From Podarcis gaigeae (taxonomy: Eukaryota): a DNA stretch of 64,000 bases. The notes below the pieces were generated by a model. It was not told where the DNA came from and did not search any database. It was given only the letters and a program-made list of their open reading frames with translations. The stretch lies in assembly GCA_964106915.2 (NCBI GenBank), contig OZ066922.1. One strand, 5' to 3'. Below, piece by piece: positions 1-13,541 of the stretch. The position numbers and the translations under genes were made by a program. The first letter of the stretch is position 1; each line of letters opens with the position of its first letter.

Positions 1-839
1 CAGGTGGAGGACCTGAGTAGATCTTGACTGTATGGACAAACTGTACTATATTTTCATTTTTTTAAATAGAAAAAGAGCACTAAAAAGAATAAATTTGTAA
101 GACTTCTTACTATATAATCCCAGGAATGGGGACACATATCCATGTGTGTGGATCTCTGGATTGAGATCTCTGTGGGGAAGCAGACCAGGAATATTGCTCT
201 GTTTTGCAGAAAGAAATGGGGAATTATAAATATCTAGAGTTGCAATTTTAGAAGCAAGGAAGGAAAAAAATGTACCCAAATAGTAATGTATCCTATTTTC
301 AGTGAAAAATAGTTCATGATCCACAACGTAACTATGTACATTCCGAGGCTTTGTGTTCTTATTGCGGCAGAAGTATTTTGCCTTTTTTATCTGCGCATAA
401 GGCTAAATCATATACCGTAGTGAATGGCACTACCTTTGTGATTAATATACATGCACACAAACAAAAGAGCACTTTCTTTCTAGGGAATAAAGACTATCGG
501 GAGAATGGCAAGATTAGATAATCTGATTATCTGTTTCAGGAGGGAGGGGAAGGAAACAGCGACACTTCTGTGTTATGTTTATAATTTGTTGAAAATAAAT
601 TAAAATTTCTATAAAACAAAGACCAGGAGTGGTTACATTCCTTCCATGTGATATGTATTAAATGAATGAGTTAAAGCGTGACTCAATTTAATCCTTTATA
701 GACAATCAATCCAAGAAAGTACTTTACCAATGAATGGCGAGAAAACAAGATGATGTTGATTATGAATTATGGTACATTCTAGGACATTTAATCCTGTGTG
801 GACAAACGAATAACATTATGCAATGAAGCCATAATAGAG

Positions 840-956
840 GAGACTCTTAATCTTAGGATTGTGGGTTCAAGCCCCACGCTGGGCAAAAGATTCCTGCATT
901 GTAGGGGCTTGGACTAGATGGCCCTCGTGGTCCCTTCCAACTCTGCAATGCCATGA
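840..956 (+). mobile_element. tRNA-Lys-derived SINE with CR1-like 3' tail, 5'-truncated
   Basis: GACTCTTAATCT anticodon arm and GGTTCAAGCCCC B-box followed by CR1-type tail GGACTAGATG...GGTCCCTTCCAACTCT; homologous to the full copy at 63221-63363. Confidence 0.8.
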
Positions 957-2174
957 ACAGGCTTCTATGAAAGAGGAAAGCATAAATGTGTAAAAGACAA
1001 AACCAAAGTAGGAGGCAAAATGGGTCTAGTGCCTTCTTGTCTCCTTCAAACTTTGAAAGTTTTAATTGCCCAGAATGTTTGCGACTACATCTCCAACCAT
1101 AAATATTTTATCTCCTACTATTACATCATAATAAATCACTTGATAATGTTTGTGTCTTTTGCTCAAATGTACCCATTATGGTAACTAAAGCATATATGAG
1201 GCTAACTCATTCACTCTTAGCAAAATTAAGGAGTACTGTGCTTGATAGCTGATCTCTAACAGTTTCCACTCAAGGGGTACATTATATTTTTGCATAACTT
1301 GATACAAAGGAATTCTAACTATGGCACTCATCCTCTGATTACTGACTAATGGACTTGTGCCCTATATTACAGATATACAGAAGCAACCACCTTCCTTCCC
1401 ACCCTGCCTCCACTAAAACCCCCCACTAACATTCAGTGGCCTTGGGAACAGAACAATATTTTGAGGTCTACAAAACTATTTTTGAATGCCTTGATTAATT
1501 CAAAGGTAAGTAAAGAATATAAGTTGACATATGGTATGTTACTAGAAACATGCAGTCATAGATTTAGCAGGGGAAATATAGCTGCCTTCATTTTCACCCA
1601 TCCCAGGTTGTCAAACATCATTCCAAGGATCCTAGAACAGGTGTGGATTTTTCTCAGCACACATTCTCCTTTCTGCATCTTCCAATTCCTTTTATGTCTC
1701 TGGGCATTGGGCCTTTGCCCTTAGTCAGTATGAGTCTCCAATCTGCCACCTGATTTGTCCCCCTTACTTCAGCAGCATTTTTCCTCATTGGAACATCTTT
1801 CTACTCAGATTCCTTGCAAATGCATCACATATTTTGCTTACTGAATCAGGATATTGATCTTCCTGTACCTGAGGTCCATTGTGAACTTTATACCCCTTAG
1901 ACATGGTACACTGTTTGTTAATATTCTGCATTCTATGGGCTATTCATCTGTCGGCAGTTACAGCATACAGTGATATTCTATCACAATACAGTAAATAACT
2001 ATGCAGAGCTGGCCTGAGTCAGTTTTCATTTCATTATTTATTTGTATTCCACTTTTCCCTCCTAAAGTGAGTCAAAGCTGATAGTGATATTATATCAAAA
2101 TGAATACAATAATATTAAAAGACGACATAATAGTAAAAGTATTACAATAACCGATCAATACCATTTCAATCCAA

Positions 2175-2720
2175 CATTTTTGCATTTGGACATGGATTGG
2201 AAAATGTAGCTAGTCCAGAATGTGGCTGCCAGGCTTCTGACTGGAACAGCCTAGTGAGAACACATTATACCAGATATCTGAAGCAGCGGCACTGGCTGCC
2301 AGTCAATTACTGAGTCAATTTCAAGATGCCGGTGTTGACATCTAAAGCCCTATACAGCTTAGGACATAGATACTTGAAGGGCTTTTAGTTTACATACTCT
2401 ATGATCAGCTGCAGATAACCACCTAAAAGAGCCATATTGGCCAAGTGTACATTACATGGCAGCACATGAGAGGCCATTCTCAGTCATGGCACTCTGATTA
2501 TGGAATGCCTTCATTGATTAAGGCACAAGTCTTTTCTGCTGCCTATTAAAAATATTTTTATTCTTCCAGGCTTTCAGTCAATTAGTGGAGAAATTGTTTG
2601 ACCCTCCTTGCAGACATGTTGATTTTGCTATTGTTATCCTGATGATGGCTTACTTATTGTTTCTTGTTTTATGATTTTGTTGTAATCCATTTTGGGATTT
2701 ATTTTAAATGAAGAGTGGCA
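2175..2720 (+). mobile_element. L2 LINE 3' fragment, degenerate
   Basis: Decayed L2 ORF2 C-terminal motifs LVQNVAARLLTG / HWLPV / FKMPVLTSKAL with stops. Confidence 0.7.
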
Positions 2721-2726
2721 CATAAA

Positions 2727-2736
2727 CTCCCTCCCT

Positions 2737-2800
<64 letters not shown>

Positions 2801-2810
2801 CTGTGTGTGT
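2727..2810. repeat. Compound (CTCC)n(CT)n(GT)n microsatellite
   Basis: Directly visible tandem repeats. Confidence 0.95.
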
Positions 2811-5102
2811 ATATAATTTAAGGGGTGGGATCACTTCAATTAACAAACAATACAGAATTTAGAAACAATAAATAAATAAGCAAGGGCATAATAAAACAAA
2901 CTTTAGCAACCCTCCCCCCCCCCCCCCCGCTATACCCTCTTCACTTCAATATTTGGTACACCAAAATACTGGGATAAATAATTGAATCTACTCTGGGTCT
3001 GCAGCCATCAAGAGGGGGCAAGCTATGACAAATCATCTAACCGGGTGCATATCTAGGAATTTTGAAATTGTGTATTGAAAATCACTATCCCCCAACACTA
3101 ATGTGAAACCTGCTCTCTCATCACAGATTACTACAGAATGGTTACTACACAAAATGAGGAAGCACCCCATGCTACTGAAAACCAACTCTCAATATTTGAA
3201 GAACACAAACATCCATCTTGTCTTCTCCATACTTTCTTTTACACTATCTTTCCTTTAATTTTTTTTGCCTTAAATAATAATAAAATACCAAGATTATGCC
3301 CTCCTGTGGACCTTATCTTTTTGTACTTTTTAATGGAAGGTGACCAAACCCAACATTTAAAAGTATAGGCGAGGAGTGCTATCAAGTTATATAAAGATAT
3401 TATAATATTTCCCATAGTATTCCCTAAGCAGCATAACATATTATGCACTTTCTTGACCTTTGCTACACATTAAGCAGATCTCATGATAGAACTGTCTGAA
3501 GTGATGTCTGGATCTTTGTCCAGAGAGGTTACATTTAAATCAAAACCTATAAATGTGTAAAGTCAACTTTTAAAATAGACTTAATCTGTATACTACATTC
3601 CTCTTGCTAATTCTGAATTTCCTTAGCCAAGGTGCTTTCTTTCTCCTTTGCCTTTTAGATTGTGGTGAAAGTATGTCCACCTATGTTACTATAAATTATT
3701 GCCATCTCATTACTCACTCATTTATTTATTCATTTAAAGAATTCATATACCAGTTAATTGCAAAAGTCTTGAAGCAGTGTATAAGAAATACAATAAAGGA
3801 AAGATAAAAATTGGTTAAAATAGGGAGGACCACTAACTGGCTTCCTCAAAGACCTCCATCAGCAGGCAGAGATATAAGGGATTAGGCGGTCCTTTGATAT
3901 ATTGGGGAGCCACTCATCTTCTTAAGATCTTGATCATTAGATAGCCTCCCCCTGAAGCTCCTCCTGCAACCCGCCCCCTACTCTGGATAGTTGGAGGACC
4001 TCCCAGAACCAATTTGGAGGCACAGGAGAGCTAGTGAAGAAGGGGAAGAAAGGAAATTACTATTATGTGAGCAGAATGCCACAAGTGCAACACTGGATGT
4101 CACCCACTGAAAGGTAATATTAATATCCACTGTGCTCCACCATTGCATTTCTTTATCCTCTGAAAGGGGGGCAAATTGTTTTAAGTTTATTATGTCTGTA
4201 CCTGATTTAAAAATATGATCCTGTTCAACTCAATTATTTGTGTTAATTAAGATGAGATGACCTTTGCTATTGACTCCCATTAGTAAAAATACCCTTAATT
4301 GCTGTATCTGCTTATTTATGTAAATAAAGGCATAAAATATATAGAGTGTTTTCTTTTGGCATTCTCTCCTGCATATGTTTCTCATTACTCTAAGATGGTG
4401 ACCATATCACCCCTTTTCATGGTAGTCATCTATCATTACAAACACACCTGCAGTGGAATTACTAGTGAGATATTAATAAAGAGGTAATTCCATTCATGAA
4501 AAGTCAGGTTGCCTCATTTGATTTTTTTTTCATCCTTTCAGAACCAAACATCTGTGTTGATCACTTATGAACAGGCACTTGGACCTAAGTCTTACTACGT
4601 TCTGGGAGAGGGGAAAAACAGAGAAATGACTTACAACTATAAACTGCAGGCATGTACTACCTGTGACTACTGTACCATGCTAAATGAAACCAACCAGCAA
4701 AGCCCGCTGTTTTTGTTTCCTGCCTGGAAGGAGGTGGCAGAGGAGGTGCATGTCTAATGTTTGGCAGGTCACAGTACAAGGCTGTTGGGCTGTATTCAGC
4801 TTTGTGGGCCACAAGCTGGCATCCTGTCTTGCTATGTTCCCTGACAATAAGCCTGCTCCAAGTACATAAAATAATATGTATCTTGATCTCAAGATGATCA
4901 AGGCACAGGCACTGAACAGATTTACACTTGGAACTGGGGCTTTGGGTTTACCATTTGGTAAACAATACATCCAGCGGATACCATTTTTAATTTTTAAAAG
5001 TCGAGTCTCTGGGCATTATGGTTGCAGACATAAACTTATTAAGATGGGGCTGACTATTTCAGGTTCATCATTTTCATTTCTCCCCACTATTTTGCCTTTT
5101 TA

Positions 5103-5115
5103 CCTTCCTTCCTTC

Positions 5116-5157
<42 letters not shown>
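5103..5157. repeat. (CCTT)n(TTTC)n microsatellite
   Basis: Directly visible. Confidence 0.95.
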
Positions 5158-5158
<1 letters not shown>

Positions 5159-5774
5159 ATGCCTCCTTTCTCCATATATATTCTCTGCCATTTTGAGCAC
5201 CTTGGCTCCAAAAACCTCTATTTAGGCTGAAAAAGATGTACTAAGCAGAAGTCAAGTCACACAGGACGGACTTTTCCAATTCAACAAAGGTGAGCAGCAG
5301 GACAATGTGTACTGGAATGTTGGGGGTCCCTGTGCACATGGCCCCATCTCCAGTCCACAAATGTTCAGACAAATGCCTGAGCACACTTTGTTTCTGATTA
5401 TAAAGGGTTAATTCTATACAGCATTAACAACAGTTACATATAAAATATGCTTTGTTGTGCTTTTGTATCACATTTAGAAAGAAAACCTCTCAAAATAGTG
5501 ACCTGAATTGGTCTATGGTCCTATTCACTTCAGAATCTTTCAGCAGAAATTACCTGTGCAACTGGTATGCATTTCATGACATGCCAATAAGAAAATGTTG
5601 AGCCTGTCAGAATAAGCAGTAATAATATATGGAACCATGCAACTATTACAGATTTCAGCCTCTATTCTTGTATTCCATTTAATAGCCTTCATATCTTTCT
5701 AGGTTATCCATTTTCTTCATGTTCTTTCTATATGTTTGAAGACTTTAAAAGTATGTGTAACGTTTTAAAAGAAT

Positions 5775-5980
5775 TATAATGAGCTTGACATGATACAGCC
5801 ATATATGGCCTAGTCCACTGATTTTCTTCTCTAAAACTCCTTTACTGTCAATCACTCTACAAGGTCTCTGTCAGAGGTCTTTCTCAGTTCTGGTACTGAA
5901 GTCCTTTAAAATTAGAATTCCAGGGATTAAACCTGGAATCATCTACATACATACAAAACCTTTACCTTTATGGCCCCTCT
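5775..5980 (-). mobile_element. Old tRNA-derived SINE (Squam3-like)
   Basis: B-box-like CCAGGTTTAATCCCTGG on minus strand and a decayed tail resembling the 8195 copy. Confidence 0.4.
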
Positions 5981-7147
5981 CAAGACAGGTTCATGTCAAG
6001 TGAGCATTTAAAGCAGTGTTTTACATTACTTACATTACATTAAGAGGATATTCATGCTAGCCTGAAGAGTTAAGCCACATGCCTGGTTAAGCAAGTTCCT
6101 TTTGCATAACAGGATTATTATGTGGCACAAAACAAGGGCTTTTCTCAGGTATAATAAGGCTATAGCATTTCTTATCTTCACACAGGGTCAAAGGATCTGT
6201 GAGAACTGGTGCAGAACAGCTGGAGTCCTGGACCTCTGCCTTTTTTCTGCTTCTTAGGGCACGAACACATTTTGTGCACTAAGCTCTGTCATCTCGACTA
6301 TTTAGTGACTGACCTCTGTCATTGTCATATCCGTAAACAGAGTGGTTGTTGAGTGCACTTTTATGTAGTATATATTTTGGCACACCATGTGGTCTGAATC
6401 TATTACCCAAGTGGCTGCTACAACAAAACCTGTTTCTTTGGCAGTCAAAGAAACAGCACATCCTCTATCAGGTTTTCTCCCAATGCTTGTGATTGGCTAG
6501 ACTTTAAAGGCCTCACCAAGAATGAGTGAATGCCAAGAGCCATGGGGGACTAGTGTATCATTGACAGACACAGATGGAATAAAGATGATATGGTAAGTAC
6601 TACTGCAGGCTCAAGCTGCAGGTGATGAAAAAAAGCTTGCAATATGTACTTCAAAACAGAAGAGGACTGGCAAGGATGGTACATGTCAGGATTTCTTCAA
6701 TGGTTCAACCTGTCTCCATGGGCTTTGCTATAGGAATATTAACAATATGAACAAAAATGAACAAAAATGGGGAGGCATCTTGTTTTTCACAATACACATG
6801 TAAACAGAGTATGATGCCACCAAGTCCCTGAAGATCCATCCTAAAATTTGTACAGAACTATTAGACTTTTATAAAAGTATTATAGTTACCATTTTAAACA
6901 CAGACACTAGTCCTGATAGTTGTTAGTGAAAAACAGACAAGTGTCTATTTCTGCTGTGTTTTGATGTGGTTCGAAGATGTTGAGTTTCTCAGAGTCCAAA
7001 GTCCAAATAAAAAATGCCTCATTGTTGATACAATGGGGGTAAGTTAATAGTTAAAAATATGAGAGACTAAATTAGGGGGCTAAGTGTAGGAGGTAAGTGT
7101 TACTGCCCTAGGAAAACTGTTCCATAATCTGGACAGCACAACTGACA

Positions 7148-7150
<3 letters not shown>

Positions 7151-7196
<46 letters not shown>
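7151..7196. repeat. (CT)n microsatellite
   Basis: Directly visible. Confidence 0.95.
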
Positions 7197-7201
<5 letters not shown>

Positions 7202-7219
7202 TCAAACAGTAGGGGAATA

Positions 7220-7505
7220 CAGAAGCTTCCAAACAGTAGGTATCTTTGACTATATACTCTGGTGCCAGGCAATTTGAAGGTTTAAAAGTCAACACCAGCA
7301 CCTTGAAGTAAGCCCAGAAACAAATTGGTAACTAGAACATTTGGGGTAGGATTTAGAAGTAATATGCTCCAACCTCCTGGTCTCTGTAAAAACTGTGGCA
7401 GCTGCATTTTGGACGAACTGAAGCTTCTGGACCCTATTCAAGGGTAGCCCCACACAGAGTACAGTAATCCAATTTGGCATACTAACCAGAGTTAGTAAAA
7501 ATGCA
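7220..7505 (-). mobile_element. L2 LINE fragment
   Basis: Minus translation GLPLNRVQKLQFVQNAAATVFTETRRLEHIT, typical of L2 ORF2 C-terminus. Confidence 0.75.
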
Positions 7506-8194
7506 CTCCTGGCCACAGCCCTCACCAAAGCATCAATAATTTTCTATAACCTCCAGTTTCATTAATCTTCAGAAAGAAAAAAAGACAGTAGTTCTGGGGA
7601 ATTCACACTAATTCTCAGCTCCAATTCTGTTTGTGAATTAATCCTTTATATATAAACAAACTTGAGTTCTCTTTGATTCTCGAAAAGAATGATTTCTTCA
7701 CATTTGAGAAAGATTTATAATCAATAAAAGTATATTTTAGTTAACAGATACAGTTCACATGCTGGTACTGCACCACATAAGAGCACAAACAATACACATT
7801 CTTGCTTTCAAATCCTAAACTAGTTTGAATTGGTGATCTGAGGAGTGAAAATTCATCTCTACTATGGAGTTACAAATACTGGTTTCCTTTATGGTGCTGT
7901 GGTAGAAATTATTAAAACTGTTTCACCAATGATTTGTTCTATATGATTCATGCTGAATTTGTGGTGTTCTATTATGTTCTGTCATGTTATTATTATTTAT
8001 TTTTGTAAGCTGCTTTGGGATTCATTTGAATGAAAAGCAGCATACAAATATAATAAATCAAATCAAAATAATGGACAGTATGCAGAGTTAAATGAGCAGT
8101 AGTCCATTTGGGCAATGAGGCAACTCTGCCCACTCCTCCCCAATGTAGCTCACTGTGTCTCCTGAAAACTCCCCAAGGAATGGCTTGGTATGTA

Positions 8195-8372
8195 GAGGAG
8201 GGACTTGCACTCAGTAGTTCAACACATGTTTTACATGTAAAAGATCCCAGGTCCAAAACCCCAACAACTCCTGCTGAAACTCTGCAGAGACACGGCCAGT
8301 CAGAGTATACAATCCTGAGGTAGATGCATCAATGTGTCAGACTTAGTATAAGGTAATTTCTTACGTTCCTCG
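8195..8372 (+). mobile_element. Squam3-like tRNA-derived SINE
   Basis: Decayed tRNA head (CTCAGTAG...TCCCAGGTCCAAAACCCC), body CTGAAACTCTGCAGAG...CCAGTCAGAGTA, tail AGTATAAGG...TTCTTACGTTCCT. Confidence 0.65.
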
Positions 8373-9841
8373 TATAACTTTGGATATATATAACTCATTG
8401 AATGCCAAACATCTCAAGCCTATAGCAAGTGCCTAAATACAAAGCATGACGTTAGCTTTTAAGAAATATCGGGGTAATCAGAATGCTAAAACCTGTGAAT
8501 TTTGCAACAGATTTTATTGAGGCAATAATGCGTAAAAGCCATGCCTAGAATCTATAATTTGCTGGCTCTGATTTGTAGTTCTGTTTCAGAATCAAGGCTG
8601 CTTGAATCTGCGGGCTCCACTGGTGCTTTTCTAGAGACCTTGTTATTGATGACAGAAGCTCCTAGCAAACAAGAAGCACATCTCTGTTAAATCAGCAAGT
8701 GATCTGTTACATATGCAGTGGCACACTATTATTAGTGTTGATCAATCATGGCACACACACATAAATGACAGTAAATAGCCTATTAGATCTTGAGCAGTTG
8801 TTTGTGTTACCCCTCATTATTAAATGTCACAACTGGAACTGGCTTTGTATGATAGCTTTGAGAGATAATCCATCGCCACTATGTAAACTACTTTTTAAAA
8901 CTGTGACACATCAATAACTGTGGCAAAGTTAATATACAGGAAGTATGCTAATAATGAGGGCTAGGCTTTAAAATTATGTTTAATCATTTAAAAAGAAGAA
9001 GAATCAGCATACAGCTGCAAGCAACTTTTTAAAAAAATACAACACAGATACTCCAGACGTTTGCAAATAGAGAAGATATCCAGGTTCAAAAATTCTAGCT
9101 AGGTCTGTTACAGTAAAATCTCTTTGAGTAGCTAATTCCTCAAATATGACTTCTAAGGAAGAAGACAGAGAATGGCTCCTTACTGCTGACAAATCCCAGG
9201 TTGCCCTGCCCTGGCCCACAGAGGAAGAAATAAGATAGATAGTCCGGTGCAACTCCTCAGACAAGGTACTAGTTTATGTAATTATTTAAGATTATTTAAA
9301 ATTGTTGTAAAGAAAGTCACTTTGAGTTTACTTTTTCTTTTAAAGTGACTACTAAGAACAACAATAATAGATCATATATTGATTTCTGTTATTAATATAC
9401 TGGCCAGAAACTGGAATAAGGACCACCTGCTGAAGGTGTTGGATCTTAAAAGCAAGGCTTAATATGAAAGTGACTTCTATAAAAGGCAGTGGGAAGAAAA
9501 GTCATCAAAATTACCCTTTGATGAATAAGGATTTGATGTTGGATTGACAGGAATACTTTCTTTTCTGTGAAGCCTTATGTTTTCTGATCATTTCTAAAAT
9601 CTGATATAAAAGCTTGCTTTTCACAATCCTTTAATAGGCCCATTAAGATTCAGTACCAGTTATTATTTTCTTTTTATTAAGTGCAGAAACAAACAGGTAT
9701 GAAGCTAAAGAGGGAGAGGCACTTTTTTAGTTTGAATTTCATGCCTCTGTTTCTGTTGTAAAATATGAGATAAAGTGTAAGATAATATAAAAGCAAAATA
9801 ATGAAACAAATGGGGAATATAGAGTAAAAGGGGGAGGGAAG

Positions 9842-10448
9842 TGTCAGGGCCAGCGTCAGATCAGCAAGAAAGGAAGCAGAGCTATTATGTCACTGAACTC
9901 TTTATTCAAGGAAACTAAATACAACTCAGCCTTGTAGTCTCAGCCTTGTAGACTCTCACTCAGCAACCCTTCCAGTAGGTCTTGCCCCTATAGAGGAGTT
10001 GCCAGGACTGAAGGTCCCTGCCTTCTACTACCCTTAAGGCCCTTCCCCTCCAGGATGTTTCCCAAGCACTTTCAAACTGTGTCTGCGCACCTCTGACCTC
10101 TGTTCTGCTCTTCTCAATACTCTGTGTGTTCTCGGAGACCAGGGAGGAGGGGAGCTTGTCGCAGCAGAAGGGGAAGACTCCCAGACTTCTTCAGCAGTCT
10201 CTTGCCCCTACTCCTCTGCTTCAGCCTTGGAATCTGAACTGCTCCCTGTCATAGGCTCTTCCTGCTCACTAAACTCTGTTACCTCTTCAGCTTCTGACCC
10301 CTCCTCCCACCAATATTCTCCTTCTGACCATTCCTCTGTGTCCCACCACTAAACCCCTGGCTCTAAGCCTTCCTCCTCTGGGGGTTCCCTTGAGGGTTCC
10401 CCAGCTGGTACCTCCCACCACTCCTCTTTGTCCAGCCAGTCCCTGACA
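9842..10448 (-). mobile_element. Solo LTR (Gypsy-like) with a decayed reading frame in U3
   Basis: Inverted termini TGTCAGGG...CCCTGACA, 5-bp TSD GGAAG (9837-9841 and 10449-10453), minus-strand AATAAA at 9901-9906. Confidence 0.8.
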
Positions 10449-11034
10449 GGAAGGAAATTGGTAAAGAGGGGGGAAAGTACGTAGTGGAATGTCTCCAAAC
10501 TACAAAATGTTGCAAGCTACAAATGAGGGCATGGACAAATTATAAGTGGTTTATTTATCAATCTAGCCTAATCTGCAGGGTATAATTATAAATAAGGTTG
10601 CAATTCTAAACAAACTTCCCCAGCAGTAAGCACCACTGAACACAGTGAAACTAGTTCCGAGTAAACATGCATAAGACTGTGCTGTAAATATATCACCCAA
10701 ACATAATTTTCTTTAAAACCTAATTAGCTGCATGCCTTTGAATGCTCTGAAGCATTTCTGTAGAAATTTCAGTACCCAAGTCATGCTGTATCACACTGAT
10801 TCAACTGAAGCATTCCCAAGCTGGCCTAGTGGAAATGATCCCACAATTCATAAATTGTTCTAATTGCTCCCATTAGCAGTACTACCTGTTTATGCTTATT
10901 CAGAATGCAGTGCTTAGACATAAATTATCCCAATGAGTGGTGCAGAGATAATATAATAACTTGTTGTGTTACGATAATTGTTGGCTAACTTATTCTTATA
11001 CTTGTACTGTACCCAGTGTCAACTTATGCTAATA

Positions 11035-11212
11035 TAGGCAACCCCCAATTTGTGTGGGGGTTGCATGCTGGGTCAACACGTGCAACAGCAGAGTGCATAT
11101 AAGCCCACCCTGCTTCCATTACACACTCTTTCCCTGCCACTTCCAGGTTCATGGCGATGCGTGTGTGCATGGTCATACGTGCTTTGAACACACGCAAAAT
11201 GGCCGTTGCCTG
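11035..11212. mobile_element. Tc1/mariner-type MITE, degenerate
   Basis: Termini TAGGCAAC...GTTGCCTG flanked by TA on both sides. Confidence 0.5.
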
Positions 11213-11840
11213 TACTGTATCAATCTAAGAAAGTACACTGAGTTAACACAGTTTGCTGGTTTAAGAGAAATAAATGTTGGAGAGTCTTATTCACCATGAT
11301 ACACCATGCTATCTTTTGTTATAGTTTCGGATAGTTTCTGATAAAAAAGGGTTAGGAAACAGTAGTAACCTTCCCCCGTTAACACCCCCCCCCAAAAAAA
11401 ATCAGCAACTGGCTGTCAGTAGTGCAGCCTGTCATTTTTCCACAGGCAAAACACAGACTGTCACAATAAGCAGCATTTATTCATTTCAGACTTGTAGCTT
11501 GAGGCTGGGGAAAGGGAGGTGTCATTTCTGGTAATTGTAGAACACAAATAATAATAGCAGCTTGCAGATCATGGATCGGGGAAACAGTGGGAGTTGTGAG
11601 AGAGGAAGTAAAATGCTTGGGTTCTTACAGCACAACCTAATTTACTGCCTTTGAAATATCTTTTCATTCATAACTGCAAAATGGAATGGTGCGTGCATGC
11701 CTTTTGTGTTGTGAGAAAATAAAAAGAAACATCCAAAAAATATCCACTTATTTCACAACAACCAGTATTACACATTTTGATCAACCTGTAAGTTTACAAA
11801 TGTAGTTTACACCTTAAAGTAGCCCCTTCCAGCTAATTAA

Positions 11841-12220
11841 AGGTAAAGGTACCCCTGACAGTTAAGTCCAATAGTGAACGACTCTGGGGATGCGGCACTC
11901 ATCTCGCATCCCCAGAGTCCCTCCCTCGTTGAGGGAGCTGGCGTTTGTCCGCTTCCACAGACAGTTTTTCCGGATCATGTGGCCAGCATGACTAAGCCGC
12001 TTCTGGCAAAGCCAGAGCAGCGCACAGAAATGCCGTTTACCTTCCCACCGAAGCGGTACCTATTTATCTACTTGCACTGCATGCTTTTGAACTGCTAAGT
12101 TGGCAGGAGCTGGGACCGAACAACGGGAGCTCACCCCGTTGCGGGGCCTCGAACCGCTGACCTTCCGATCGGCAAGTCCAAGTGGCACAGTGGTTTAAAC
12201 CACAGCGCCACTCGTGTCCC
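11841..12220 (-). mobile_element. Sauria SINE, full length
   Basis: (ACCTTT)n tail and GGGAC(A)CGAGTGGCGCTGTGG head on minus strand; TSD TTCCAGCTAATTAA (11827-11840, 12221-12234). Confidence 0.92.
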
Positions 12221-13351
12221 TTCCAGCTAATTAAGCAACATTTAACTGTAATTACAAGAGACTTATAAATTTATGTCCTAATGCTCTGTAACTCAGCAGT
12301 TTGCTAGAATTGATAACCATTAAAAAAAATATCTGTTTCCCATCTCTGCATTTCATAATGGACTATTTTATTTTCAAATAAAACAACACATACTTTGACC
12401 AACAACACTAAGATGAAAATCATGAAAAGCAAAATAATAGTTCAAGCAACAAGACCAAAAATAAGTTTCAGTGACTCAGAGTGGAAAGCAATATAAAAAA
12501 TGCCAACTATTTAACAGTGATGCAAGTATGTCGTTGATCTACACCCACACCCACACCCCAGATTTTATTAACAAATTAGATTTTAATGTTGTACAGACTG
12601 CTGGTACCCTTTCAACGAACATGTGTTAATTAGGCTCCTTTAAGTTAAATAGCCTCATAGAACTGAAGGCTTTATGTTACACAAGCAGGAAAACAACTAC
12701 AGCTCCATGCAACTGGAATCCCAGCACAATCTTATTTCCTATACCAAAGTACAAGGGTCAGTGGTAAAGAGGGCTAAACTCTACTTTTATTTGCTCATCT
12801 AGGTGAAGATTACCCTATGTACTCAAGTACAGAGAAGAATGAAGGCAAAAGAACAATATTGGCTCAGTCCGCATTGCTTTAACATCTTCATTCCCTAAAA
12901 AGTAAACAGAATTTAAAAGTTTGGCCACCGATGTCTGCTACAGATTTCACTACTGAGTTAGCTATTAAATCCATACACCCACTAACAGAGCTTAACAATA
13001 TTTGCATGAATGAGTAATTCAAAATACAAGCTATCCTTCAAATAGCATTTAAAATATGAAGTGCATTTTTTACATAAACCCAGAAAAAATTCCAGAATAC
13101 ATTAATTCTCTAGTGACTTGCAAGCACATATTTTCACTTTGTACTTAGTTTTATAGTTGCCCTGTAAGATGTGTGTGTGTGTGTGGTGGCCGCTGCTTAG
13201 TTTTACAACAACATAAAAAGAAAAAAAGTAATATTCATAAATGCAGAACAGAGTAGAAGAAAATATCCCACCATTAACAGCAGTCAACCAAAAGAGAAGA
13301 CAGAAGGGAGAGAAAGCTGCCCCCTAGAAATGAGTCCCAGTGTCTCCACAG

Positions 13352-13541
13352 CACAGAAGCCAACTCCTAGGAGCTGAGGTCCCTTCAGGGCCCCTAATAA
13401 AATATTTCAGGGGGCCAGGTCCTCCCCCCAAATAGATGAGCATTGCCATTCAAATGGTGTGTGTGCACTGCGTCTTGTGATTATGTGGAGCGGAGCTTAC
13501 CTCTCCCCCCACCCCATATTTTATTCAAGTTGGCACCCCTG
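13352..13541. mobile_element. hAT-type MITE
   Basis: Right TIR AGTTGGCACCCCTG, decayed left TIR CACAGAAGCCAACT, 8-bp TSD CTCCACAG. Confidence 0.7.
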
